Below, piece by piece: positions 20,678 through 29,967 of a stretch of DNA of 64,000 bases (position 1 is its first letter; each line of letters opens with the position of its first letter). The notes below the pieces were generated by a model. That model was not told where the DNA came from. It saw only the letters and a program-made list of their open reading frames with translations, and ran no database searches. The stretch spans positions 59,172 through 123,171 of the forward strand of contig JAHLWS010000080.1 of NCBI GenBank assembly GCA_019057795.1, given 5' to 3'. The DNA comes from Promethearchaeota archaeon (GTDB taxonomy: Archaea > Asgardarchaeota > Lokiarchaeia > Sigyniarchaeales > SOKP01). A program made the translations under genes and the position numbers.

Positions 20678-21508
20678 TTAAATTTTATCTAATAAACTAA
20701 GCCAATTGGGTAACTCTTGAATATTATTGTTTCCAAAATTGATATTTTCAATCGATTTTAAAGCACTCAAGACATCTGGGACGGTTGAAAAGTTATTCCA
20801 ACTTAAATCAATATTTTCAAGGTGCGAAAGCTCACTCAAAGAATCGGGTAAATTTGTTAAATAATTACAGCTTAGATTCAGATATTTTAAATTCTTCAAT
20901 AAGCTAATTGATGTTGGTAGTTGATTTCTCAACGATAAACTCAACTCTAAAATGTGCTTATCTTTGATTATACAAACTATATTTTCGTCGTAGATCAATT
21001 TATTAACGGATTCCCAGTAAAAAAGGTTGTTATTGTTTATATTTAATCCCAAATCTAATAAGAAAGGAACTTCCTCAAGAATGAGATTATATTTTAAAGA
21101 AATTTGTTCTAACCTCTGAAAATATATCTGATTTAAAGCTTCAGACAAATAACTCTGGCGATTTTTTAACATACTTCCAAGTAAACTTAGAACTTTGGAC
21201 GATTTGTCGTTTAGAATGGCCCATTCTAAGGATTTTAAACCCACCTCTAAGTAATTTGATAATATAATTTCAGCAGAAATTATCCTAATATCTTCGTATT
21301 CATCAGAAATTAGACAACTTTCTATTATTTTAAAAATCGCCCGATTTCTAACATTTAGCTTGTTTAAAACATTTAGACTTTCTAACCTTAGGCTTGTATC
21401 ATCAGATTTTTCTATAATTGAAATTAGAAATTCAATAGCTTCAAACTTTGTTATTTTATTCTTAATTATTTTCTGGTAAATACTATTTGGGTTTAAAATA
21501 TCTTTCAT
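20678..21508 (-). CDS. HEAT-like plus leucine-rich repeat protein
   Basis: N-terminal helical repeats; C-terminal LxxLxLxxNxLxxLP repeats. Confidence 0.85.
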   Translation of the reverse strand: MKDILNPNSIYQKIIKNKITKFEAIEFLISIIEKSDDTSLRLESLNVLNKLNVRNRAIFKIIESCLISDEYEDIRIISAEIILSNYLEVGLKSLEWAILNDKSSKVLSLLGSMLKNRQSYLSEALNQIYFQRLEQISLKYNLILEEVPFLLDLGLNINNNNLFYWESVNKLIYDENIVCIIKDKHILELSLSLRNQLPTSISLLKNLKYLNLSCNYLTNLPDSLSELSHLENIDLSWNNFSTVPDVLSALKSIENINFGNNNIQELPNWLSLLDKI

Positions 21509-21693
21509 TTCGAGTTATTTGCTAAAATAATTTATATGTTAAATAATATAATAAAAAATTTTAAGATAATTGTAAATCACTTAATCACTCAAAGCAATTT
21601 CCACTTATTTTTTAAAATTTAAAAATCTTTATTAGATTGAGAATTTATAATAATAGTTATTTATACATTTGAATTAAAATTTCAGATAAAAAA

Positions 21694-24090
21694 TTGATGG
21701 CTAGAACTAATTCTAATCGAGTCCTAAAGTTAAAAAATAATTTATTATCAAGCAAGTACGAACTCTGCGTTGAACGCATGAAATTTTTCACAGAAATTTA
21801 TAAAAAATACCCTAACGATCCAGAGGTTATTAAAAGGGCGAAGGCAGTTGCACATACATTAAAAAATATGACTATATTTATTAGAGACGATGAACTACTT
21901 GTTGGAAACGAAACGAGTAAAAATTTAGGGGAAAAAATTAATCTCGATCTCCTGAGATATAACAACAGTTTAGAAAAGAGAGCTACATTTAAAAAACTAA
22001 GAAGGCGGAAATTGCAACCCTTTTATATCGAGGAAGCTGAGATTGACGAGTTATTAGATATAATACCGTTCTGGAAAGGAAAATCATTAGGTGGCCGGAT
22101 TAATAAAAGATTGCTCGAAGAAAAGCTAATCACGGGAGAAGGGCCAATCGCGTCTTTAGCACCAAATATATCCATTCAAATTGGAACTACAGAAGGACAT
22201 ATATGTGCGGGATACGAAAAGCTTTTAAAATTAGGATATAAAGGTATCATTGAAGAAGCTGAATTATTTCAATCGCGATTAAATAAAAACGACGAAGATT
22301 ATCAAGACAAGTTTAATTTTTACGATTCTGTTAAAATATATTACGGAGCGGCAATAGATTTTGCGCAGAGGTTTTCAGATCTCTCATACAATATGATAAA
22401 AACTCAAAATGACGATGTGCGTAAAAGTGAGCTCAAAATAATTGCAGATATGATGAAAAAGTTCACTGAAGAACCTCCCGATACATTCTACGAAGCTGTT
22501 GAATTTATTTGGTTTTCTCAAAATATCGCAAATATAATCTATCAGCGAAGCGTTGTAGCTCTAGGTCGATTAGATCAGATACTATGGTCTTATTACGATA
22601 ACGATCTTAAAAGCGGGAAAATCAATCGGGATACCGCCTTAGAATTAATAGAAGAATTAAATTTGAAGCTAACATGGAATGTTACTTTGTTATCGGCAGA
22701 TATTTCGTTAATAGCTAATGCCCTTGGTCAAAATACACAAACAATTACTATTGCAGGAATGGACACAGATGGAAATGACGCAACAAACGAATTATCTTTC
22801 CTTTTTCTTGAAGCATACAAAAACATAAAGGTTTTTACCACCGACTTATCGGTTAGAATTCATAACAACACGCCAGAACATTTTTTCGAAGAAGCTATTA
22901 AAGTTTTTAAGTTCACATCGGGGATAGCTTTCTATAACGATGAAATCATCGTTCCAGGGCTTAAAAAAGTAGGATATTCGCTTGAGGATTCTCGGAATTA
23001 CGTTTTAATAGGATGCGTAGAGCCCACCGGTCAAGGAAATAGTTTTTCGACAACGGCTCGTATGTTTATGAACTTACCAGGAGTGTTAGAATTAACGCTA
23101 AACAACGGATATAGCTATTTATCGGGAAAAATAGACGGTTTACAAACTGGTGATCCGGCGGGGTTTTTATCTTTCGAGGAGCTATACAACGCTTTTATTC
23201 GTCAACTTAAACATAACATTGAATTCTCTGTTAAAATAGCAGAAGTGGGAGATCTTGAAGCCATGAAATACGCTCAGCACTCATTTATCTCCGCTACACT
23301 AAATGGTTGTTTAGAAAATGGAAAGGATTACGTGTGTGGAGGTGCTAAATATAACTTTTCTTCCATAACTGCTTACGGATTCGCTACTTTAGTTGACTCA
23401 TTATATAACATAAAGAAGATAGTTTATGATCAAAAATCAATGTCATTACCCGAATTAATTGAAATTTTAAATTCAGACTTTAAGGATAACGAAGTAACTT
23501 GTCAAAAGTTAATTAATAATTACGAAAAGTGGGGAAACGATAAAGCCGAGATCGATTCCCTTGCTATTGAATTGTGGGACTTATTTACTCAAGAAGTAGC
23601 TAAGCATAATTCGATAAGAAATGGTCAATACAACGCTGGAGCGTATTCAATGGGCATCCATGTATATGAAGGAATTTTAACACGCCCAACAGCTGATGGC
23701 AGAAAAGCGGGTAGACCAATCTCAAATAGCTTATCACCTGTAAACAATGTTGAAAAGAATGGGATTACTGCGATATTAAATTCAATAGCAAAGTTAAATT
23801 ACGACTACGCTATGAATGGAATAGCCGTTAACGTACGAATCCATCCTCAAAATTTGGAAAGTCAAGAAAATATAGAAAAGTTTTATCACTTGTTAAAATC
23901 TTACTTTGAAAAAGGAGGTATGCAAATTCAACCTACTGTAGTATCAACTGAAACGTTAAAAGACGCACAAATCCACCCCGAGAACTATACCGACCTAATC
24001 GTCAAAGTTGGTGGTTATAACGCTACATTTATTGATCTAGGAAAACCCATTCAGAACGACATAATCGATAGATTAGAAAATAAATTTTAG
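21694..24090 (+). CDS. Glycyl radical enzyme (PFL-like family, substrate unknown)
   Basis: GCVEP Cys loop, TADGRKAG, C-terminal LIVKVGGY glycyl loop. Confidence 0.9.
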   Translation: MMARTNSNRVLKLKNNLLSSKYELCVERMKFFTEIYKKYPNDPEVIKRAKAVAHTLKNMTIFIRDDELLVGNETSKNLGEKINLDLLRYNNSLEKRATFKKLRRRKLQPFYIEEAEIDELLDIIPFWKGKSLGGRINKRLLEEKLITGEGPIASLAPNISIQIGTTEGHICAGYEKLLKLGYKGIIEEAELFQSRLNKNDEDYQDKFNFYDSVKIYYGAAIDFAQRFSDLSYNMIKTQNDDVRKSELKIIADMMKKFTEEPPDTFYEAVEFIWFSQNIANIIYQRSVVALGRLDQILWSYYDNDLKSGKINRDTALELIEELNLKLTWNVTLLSADISLIANALGQNTQTITIAGMDTDGNDATNELSFLFLEAYKNIKVFTTDLSVRIHNNTPEHFFEEAIKVFKFTSGIAFYNDEIIVPGLKKVGYSLEDSRNYVLIGCVEPTGQGNSFSTTARMFMNLPGVLELTLNNGYSYLSGKIDGLQTGDPAGFLSFEELYNAFIRQLKHNIEFSVKIAEVGDLEAMKYAQHSFISATLNGCLENGKDYVCGGAKYNFSSITAYGFATLVDSLYNIKKIVYDQKSMSLPELIEILNSDFKDNEVTCQKLINNYEKWGNDKAEIDSLAIELWDLFTQEVAKHNSIRNGQYNAGAYSMGIHVYEGILTRPTADGRKAGRPISNSLSPVNNVEKNGITAILNSIAKLNYDYAMNGIAVNVRIHPQNLESQENIEKFYHLLKSYFEKGGMQIQPTVVSTETLKDAQIHPENYTDLIVKVGGYNATFIDLGKPIQNDIIDRLENKF

Positions 24091-24219
24091 AAAGTAGAAA
24101 TCTTAACTTAATGCTCGATGTCATGGAAGCCTATGTCCTTATTATCCTCATTCATTCTTTAAACTAAATTTTTAAAATATTTACAAAATTTTTAAATTTA
24201 AAGAAATTAAGTGTAAATT

Positions 24220-24372
24220 ATGCCAGATATAAAATTGTTAATAAATGGGGAAAATATCCCATTAAATCCAATTATGACTGAGATTCTAACTAATATTAAC
24301 TTAGGATTTATTAGTGCGTTAAAAAAAATTCCTGAAGATAAAAAAGAAGTTAAAATCGAAATTAAATTATAA
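24220..24372 (+). CDS. Small 50-aa protein resembling the C-terminal domain of archaeal MobB-type proteins
   Basis: MPDIKLLINGENIPLNPIMTEILTNINLGFISALKKIPEDKKEVKIEIKL*; below the ORF-track cutoff. Confidence 0.55.
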   Translation: MPDIKLLINGENIPLNPIMTEILTNINLGFISALKKIPEDKKEVKIEIKL

Positions 24373-24477
24373 TTTTATTTTTTTTTAATTTTTTCGCACT
24401 TTAAAATACATATTAGGTTTTTTTAAATAATTTGATGAATATTTATTAAAATAAATAAAGAAAAGAAAAAAATAAGA

Positions 24478-24705
24478 ATGATTATCATCAAATGTGCTAA
24501 ATGTAAAGAGAATATTATTAAATACGTGAAATTGGGAAAAGGAAACGTCCATCGCTGTTATAAAAACCGTATTCAAAAATATTATGTACAACTAAATAAT
24601 AAAGAGTTAAATTGTCCTAATTGTGGAAAAGTAATAGGAACTGATCGAGGATATTATATCAAAATGAACCATCATACATTCACATACTCTGGAACAATTA
24701 ATTAA
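24478..24705 (+). CDS. Small zinc-ribbon protein
   Basis: CAKC...CPNCG. Confidence 0.7.
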   Translation: MIIIKCAKCKENIIKYVKLGKGNVHRCYKNRIQKYYVQLNNKELNCPNCGKVIGTDRGYYIKMNHHTFTYSGTIN

Positions 24706-24715
24706 TCTTAGAAAA

Positions 24716-24922
24716 CTATTTTAATTTAGAATCCTCGTTTCCATCTGGAAGAACATAATCAGGTGATATATATCCCTCTTCTTCAAATCTTTTTTTCCGA
24801 ATACAATTTTTACCTTCGTTCCAGCAATAGTTTTCAACCCACTTTTTATCTATCAAACCTTTATCATAAGCTCGTTTCATCGCAGATGTCTCATCATACC
24901 AGCAACAAATTTTTTTTTCCAT
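24716..24922 (-). CDS. Small Cys-containing conserved hypothetical protein
   Basis: 'C.WY...MKR.Y..G.....W...YC......C.R...EE.G...PD..LPDG' pattern recalled from small anaerobe proteins. Confidence 0.6.
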   Translation of the reverse strand: MEKKICCWYDETSAMKRAYDKGLIDKKWVENYCWNEGKNCIRKKRFEEEGYISPDYVLPDGNEDSKLK

Positions 24923-24983
24923 ACATATTTATATTTTTATATAATTATTATTTTTAGTAAATAGGTAAATAGGGAATAAAAAT

Positions 24984-25721
24984 TTGGACGAGGACCTATA
25001 TCGTTTAGCAAGTAAATGGATCTCCGAATCAACACATTTAGTAGCTTTTACCGGGGCAGGTGTTTCCGTAGAAAGCGGAATCCCAACATTCCGTGGAGAA
25101 GATGGATTATGGAACAAATATAATCCTATTTTTTTAGAAACTAATTATTTTTTAACGCATCCGAAAAAATCTTGGAGTTTAATTAAAGAAATATTTTATG
25201 ATTTTTTTGGACGTGCAAAACCTAACGATGCCCATTATGTGCTTGCTGAAATGGAAAAAAAAGGATACGTTAAATCAATAATAACTCAAAATATTGATAA
25301 CCTACATCAAGAAGCAGGGAGTAAAAATGTTTTAGAATTCCATGGAACCTCGCAAACATTGACTTGTGTAACTTGTAATAGTAAATATAATAGCACTAAT
25401 CTTCTTGTGTCAATTCCTCCTTATTGTCCTAAGTGTAATGGTCTATTAAAGCCAGATTTTGTATTTTTTGGAGAACCAATACCTCAAGAGGTTCTTAGTG
25501 AATCAATTAATGAAGCATCTCTCGCAGATGTATTTCTTTTAATTGGAACTACAGGAGAAATAATGCCTGCATCTACAATACCTTATATTGCAGAGAAAAA
25601 TAGAGCAAAATTTATAGAAATTAACATTGAAGAATCAAAATATACCAATTCTATGGTCAATATTTTTTTAAAAGGGAAAGCGTCAGAAGTATTGTTAAAA
25701 TTAATAGAATTTTTGAGTTAA
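24984..25721 (+). CDS. cobB: NAD-dependent protein deacylase (sirtuin)
   Basis: TGAGVSVESGIPTFRG, ITQNIDNLH, EFHG, CxxC/CxxC, KPDFVFFGE. Confidence 0.95.
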   Translation: MDEDLYRLASKWISESTHLVAFTGAGVSVESGIPTFRGEDGLWNKYNPIFLETNYFLTHPKKSWSLIKEIFYDFFGRAKPNDAHYVLAEMEKKGYVKSIITQNIDNLHQEAGSKNVLEFHGTSQTLTCVTCNSKYNSTNLLVSIPPYCPKCNGLLKPDFVFFGEPIPQEVLSESINEASLADVFLLIGTTGEIMPASTIPYIAEKNRAKFIEINIEESKYTNSMVNIFLKGKASEVLLKLIEFLS

Positions 25722-25787
25722 TAAAAAGTAATTTGTTCCGAGTTCTTTTGCCAAATAAATATAAAGCTAAAAAACCTCTAATCTATA

Positions 25788-26279
25788 CTACCATCTCGTT
25801 TTAGAACCTAATTTAATGTCTAAAATTGGTGTTCCATTAATCGCATCGAGATTTTTGACGAATAAAGTGGTATCTTCAATTTTAACTAGTTTAACATTAG
25901 TAATTCCAATACGAGATAATCGATTAGGCGTCCGTGAAGCGAATATACCTACTTTTTTCCCGTCAATACCTCGAGAAAAGGTCGATCGAATCTTGTGCTG
26001 TTTATGAAAATAATATACAACAGTAATCCATTCATCCTCTTCTAATTTGTAAAGAAATGGTCGTTGAGATTCAAAAAGACGGATTTTAGAGACATTATCT
26101 CTACTCCCTTTCAGCCCAAATCCTTCCCCTCGTCCTAATTGATTCTCTACAAAACCGATTGGAAAGATCTTAAACGGCTTATTGTTCTGATATAAACAAG
26201 AATAGCATATGAATTTGTCATCAAATTCATCAAGTTGGTCTAATCCTTTTTCTTTTTTACATTTCGTGCAAACTGGCAT
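25788..26279 (-). CDS. tsaA: TsaA/TrmO-like SAM-dependent methyltransferase with N-terminal zinc ribbon
   Basis: PIG.V, GIFASRTPNR, LDAINGTPILDIK motifs. Confidence 0.8.
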   Translation of the reverse strand: MPVCTKCKKEKGLDQLDEFDDKFICYSCLYQNNKPFKIFPIGFVENQLGRGEGFGLKGSRDNVSKIRLFESQRPFLYKLEEDEWITVVYYFHKQHKIRSTFSRGIDGKKVGIFASRTPNRLSRIGITNVKLVKIEDTTLFVKNLDAINGTPILDIKLGSKTRW

Positions 26280-26300
26280 AGCTACTAATTAGGTTATTGG

Positions 26301-27233
26301 TTAAAATATTAATTTCCAAAAGGTCTGGTTATTGTAAATTACTTTTTTAATCTTGTTCTGCGATGCTAGAGTATTCAATTGAAGTAATATGTCTTGTTCA
26401 TTAAACTTTTTTGAACAAAATGTTTCAAAAATTTGTTCTTGTCTCATTGGATGTCTTTCAAGTAAGTTCTTTAATTCCATTTCAAAATTAGAACTAAAAA
26501 CACTAAATTTTCCTCGCTCAGGAAAATTTATATTATTATATTCTCCAAAAACATCGTTTAAAATCGGAATGACGCTTTTATCGGGAATTTGCACCCAACT
26601 TTCAGTAGGAGGTCTTATTGGAACGTTAACGTCAATTCTATCGGGTTTGATTAAATCTAATTTATTTTTTATTTTTAATAGTTCTTCTTTAGAATCGTTA
26701 ATTCCCTTCATTAACATTATTTCTATCCAGAATTTACCGTTGAATTCTTTCCTAAAATCAATGTATCCTTGAATCATTTTTTCATACTTTATGGAGGGAT
26801 GAGAACGATTTATTTTAATAAATAACTTTTCATCTCCCGCATCTAAAGTAGGTAAAACAACATCAGAAAACATAAGTTCATACTTTACATCTTCGTGATA
26901 TAATAAACTACCATTAGTGATTACACAAATTGGTTTTTCAGATAATTCCTTTGCTTTTAATATCAATTCTCCTATACTTTTGCATAATGTAGGTTCCCCA
27001 CTACCTACAAATGTTATGTAATCAAACTTATTTTTATTAAGACTAATAGACTCTTCCATCTCTTTAATAATTTCTTCTTTACGGCAAAAATCTTTCCTCT
27101 CGTTCGTAAAATTAGTTGTTCTTCCTAATTGACAATATATACACTGATAATTGCAGGTTTTTGAGGGAATTGGGTCGATTCCTAACGAATTTCCTAATCG
27201 TCTACTAGGAACAGGTCCATACACATATTTCAT
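26301..27233 (-). CDS. Radical SAM protein (YGPVPSRRLG family)
   Basis: YVYGPVPSRRLGNSLGID, CNYQCIYC, GSGEPTL. Confidence 0.9.
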   Translation of the reverse strand: MKYVYGPVPSRRLGNSLGIDPIPSKTCNYQCIYCQLGRTTNFTNERKDFCRKEEIIKEMEESISLNKNKFDYITFVGSGEPTLCKSIGELILKAKELSEKPICVITNGSLLYHEDVKYELMFSDVVLPTLDAGDEKLFIKINRSHPSIKYEKMIQGYIDFRKEFNGKFWIEIMLMKGINDSKEELLKIKNKLDLIKPDRIDVNVPIRPPTESWVQIPDKSVIPILNDVFGEYNNINFPERGKFSVFSSNFEMELKNLLERHPMRQEQIFETFCSKKFNEQDILLQLNTLASQNKIKKVIYNNQTFWKLIF

Positions 27234-27273
27234 ATTCTTTTATAATTAATACGATGTTTTTAAAAATTTATTT

Positions 27274-27717
27274 TTATTTTGCCATTGATGCTTTATATCT
27301 ATTTATCGCTCTTCTTAATGTTCTTATCGCTAAATCAGCACAATGTTTATGATCTTCCGGCAACCCTTTTAAAGCCGAGTCAATATCTTCCGGTTTCAAG
27401 GCTTCAGCAAAACTTAAAGATTTACCTTCTATAAGAAGCGTAGTTTGACACGCTGTTGCTAAGGATGCTCCACAACCGTCAATAACAAAATTTGCTTTCT
27501 CAATTATATTACCATTGATTTTTAAAAAAAATAACATTGAATCCCCGCATGGCCCTTTATACTTTTGTGAAATAGTGATATCTTCATCTGGAGGTTTTCC
27601 CCAATTTTTTGGATTGTGAAATAAATTAACGATATATTCGTTAAATTCTTTTATTTCTTGTTCCATTATCTCTTTTTGAAGCTTAGCGAAAAACTCATCA
27701 AAATTTTTTTCAGACAT
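27274..27717 (-). CDS. NifU/IscU-like Fe-S scaffold protein
   Basis: GPCGD, DGCG, HKHCA: three conserved Cys. Confidence 0.9.
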   Translation of the reverse strand: MSEKNFDEFFAKLQKEIMEQEIKEFNEYIVNLFHNPKNWGKPPDEDITISQKYKGPCGDSMLFFLKINGNIIEKANFVIDGCGASLATACQTTLLIEGKSLSFAEALKPEDIDSALKGLPEDHKHCADLAIRTLRRAINRYKASMAK

Positions 27718-27748
27718 CTTAGACTGAATTACTATTTATTGTGTAATA

Positions 27749-28165
27749 CTAGTGGTGATGATGATTACGATCGTTATCATCTGCTTCTGTATGGATTTTT
27801 TCTACTCCAATACCTTTACCACCACCGGGAGAACAAATGTTTTCGCCACCTTCTAAAGTTCCATCTAAGATTTTTCCAATAGTGTCGTCAACGCTGCCAA
27901 TAACACCCCTAATAACTTCAATTCCATATTCGTTAAAAAAACCAATTGCTCTATGGCCTATTCCACCCGTGATCATACATGTTGTACCTTGCTCATTTAT
28001 GAATTTAGGTATGCTTCCAATCGTGTGCCCTGGATTGGGAAGAACTATTCTCTCAATTACTTTATTATTGTCAATTGTAACAAATGTAAACGAAGGCGCT
28101 CGACCAAAATGCTGGGCAACATTTCCTGATTCTGTACATATGACTATTTTCAACTTTGAAACCAC
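27749..28165 (-). CDS. NifB/NifX family metal-cluster binding protein
   Basis: HFGRAPSF, NPGH, GGIG..A; His-rich tail. Confidence 0.9.
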   Translation of the reverse strand: MVSKLKIVICTESGNVAQHFGRAPSFTFVTIDNNKVIERIVLPNPGHTIGSIPKFINEQGTTCMITGGIGHRAIGFFNEYGIEVIRGVIGSVDDTIGKILDGTLEGGENICSPGGGKGIGVEKIHTEADDNDRNHHHH

Positions 28166-28217
28166 CTACTTTTTTAATTTTATTACTTATATTATATCTA
28201 AATTGATAATATTATTT

Positions 28218-28231
28218 TGAATAATTATTCT
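28218..28231. promoter_or_regulatory. Palindromic operator, TGAATAATTATTCA type
   Basis: TGAATAATTATTCT; variants recur at 32367, 32432, 36587, 38098 and 38818. Confidence 0.55.
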
Positions 28232-28441
28232 TTGATAATAATTCTTCTTATTCTTTGAATTTTCTAAATCTTCCAAAAATTTCAAAAATCAGAGATACTT
28301 TCTCTTTAGTATTTTTTCTTTTATTTTTGACTCTGTTATCGCAATTTTTTCTTTAAATAGAGAACATTTCTGTTCTTTTTAAAAATGTTAGTTTTAACTT
28401 AATATATTAAAGGATTAAAGAAAAGGAAGAGGTGAAAAATA

Positions 28442-29287
28442 ATAAAATGTGATAAAAAATTAAGTAAACTTGTAATTATTCTTTTTATTGCTTTAACTGG
28501 AATTATGTCGATTTCACAAACAGTAAAAGCTGATGATTTTTATTCTATTTTAACACCGGTTGAGAACAGCATTTACCGAACAGGAGAATATTGCACAATT
28601 CGATGGGATACTAATAAGGAATTTTTTCAAGTAGACATATATCTTTTTAGAAATAACATACAAGTGAAAACTATTGCAACAGGTATAGCTAATCGGCGAG
28701 GTTTCCAATGGTATATTACAGGCATTTCAAAAGAATCCCATTATTACAAGATTAAAATTGTTGATAGCGATAACCCCTCTTTAAATGATTTTAGCGATTT
28801 TTTTACCATTGTTTTCCAACCTTCAATTAGCGTAACAAATCCGACTCCGACTTCATCATGGATAGTTTTAAATAGTTATAGAATTGGTTGGATTTCTCAT
28901 GGTTTAATATCTCACGTTGATATTGAACTTTATAAAGATTCAAAGTATTTGGAGAATATAGCAAACCATATTCAGAATGAAGACTCGTATTTCTGGACAA
29001 TTCCAAATGATCTTGAAGAATCTAATTTATATCAGATTGTTATAAGAGATTCTAACGATGGTAATGTATACGGTATTAGCAATTATTTCACAATAAAGAA
29101 TTCTTCTAATGATGAAAAACCCGATGACAACGATGATGAAAGCGATGATGATAATAATAATATACCGAATAATTCTAAAACAATTTTAGGGTACAATATA
29201 ATAATCTTAATTAGTATATTTGTAAGCGTATTTATCTTAATCTTTATTATGAAGAAAAATATGGATGTATATAATAGATATTTATAA
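28442..29287 (+). CDS. Secreted protein with two Ig-like (Ser/Thr-rich GPI-anchored/Kre9-like) repeats and Loki-CTERM-like anchor
   Basis: Two repeats 'I.W......VDI.L........IA....N......W.I.......Y.I.I.DS......S..FTI', acidic linker, ILGY + TM + basic tail. The signal peptide lies upstream of ATG 28505, implying an ATA start at 28442. Confidence 0.75.
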   Translation: MKCDKKLSKLVIILFIALTGIMSISQTVKADDFYSILTPVENSIYRTGEYCTIRWDTNKEFFQVDIYLFRNNIQVKTIATGIANRRGFQWYITGISKESHYYKIKIVDSDNPSLNDFSDFFTIVFQPSISVTNPTPTSSWIVLNSYRIGWISHGLISHVDIELYKDSKYLENIANHIQNEDSYFWTIPNDLEESNLYQIVIRDSNDGNVYGISNYFTIKNSSNDEKPDDNDDESDDDNNNIPNNSKTILGYNIIILISIFVSVFILIFIMKKNMDVYNRYL

Positions 29288-29575
29288 TTACCTTGAAAAA
29301 CATGTCTAATACTGAAATAAGAATTAACTGAAGAATTTAAATAAATATTATTAAACGAACTAAAATCAATAAATTTGAACCAAAATTAGAAAAATTAAAG
29401 CTCAAATGGTTGATATAAAAAGGAAAAATTCTTGGCGTTATATTAAACCGGCTAAGGGAAAAGATTTAAATACTGCGAAATAATTGTTATTCCATAGAAA
29501 GATAAAATTCAACCGTAGTATATCTTTTGAAATATTAAAAAATTAATAGAAATAAAATAGGGAAAATATAACCGT

Positions 29576-29682
29576 GACTCCTGCGCTACCCTGGATTTTT
29601 GTCTTTTGGTAGTGCGTAAAGCACTCAATTACTACCCCTATTTTTTTTCTGACCTTATCTTTAGGTCGCAGCAGCAGGAGTC
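29576..29682. other. GC-rich structured non-coding element (multi-stem)
   Basis: Outer stem GACTCCTGC/GCAGGAGTC; inner hairpins AGTGC/GCACT and GACCT/AGGTC; GGTAGT complementary to both GCTACC and ACTACC. Confidence 0.4.
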
Positions 29683-29738
29683 TTCCTTCTTTCCTTTGTT
29701 CTTGCTTAATTAGAATATGCCAAAAAATATGTAACTAT

Positions 29739-29777
29739 CAGAAATAAATTGGAAAATTGCAGAAATAAATTGGAAAA
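29739..29777 (+). repeat. Tandem 18-bp direct repeat (period 21)
   Basis: CAGAAATAAATTGGAAAA at 29739-29756 and 29760-29777. Confidence 0.85.
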
Positions 29778-29967
29778 ATGTGTTATTAAAAGTATTAAGT
29801 AATAAATTCACATTTTAACATAACTTAATTCACTTTTCACTATAACCAATCTTTTTTCGTTGATTTTTTCGATTTTCACTGTTTTGACCATACCGAGTTA
29901 TAGCAGAATGTGAAATATTGTATGAATCATAACAAAAAGTGAAATAGATCATCATTTCTAGCAGAAA

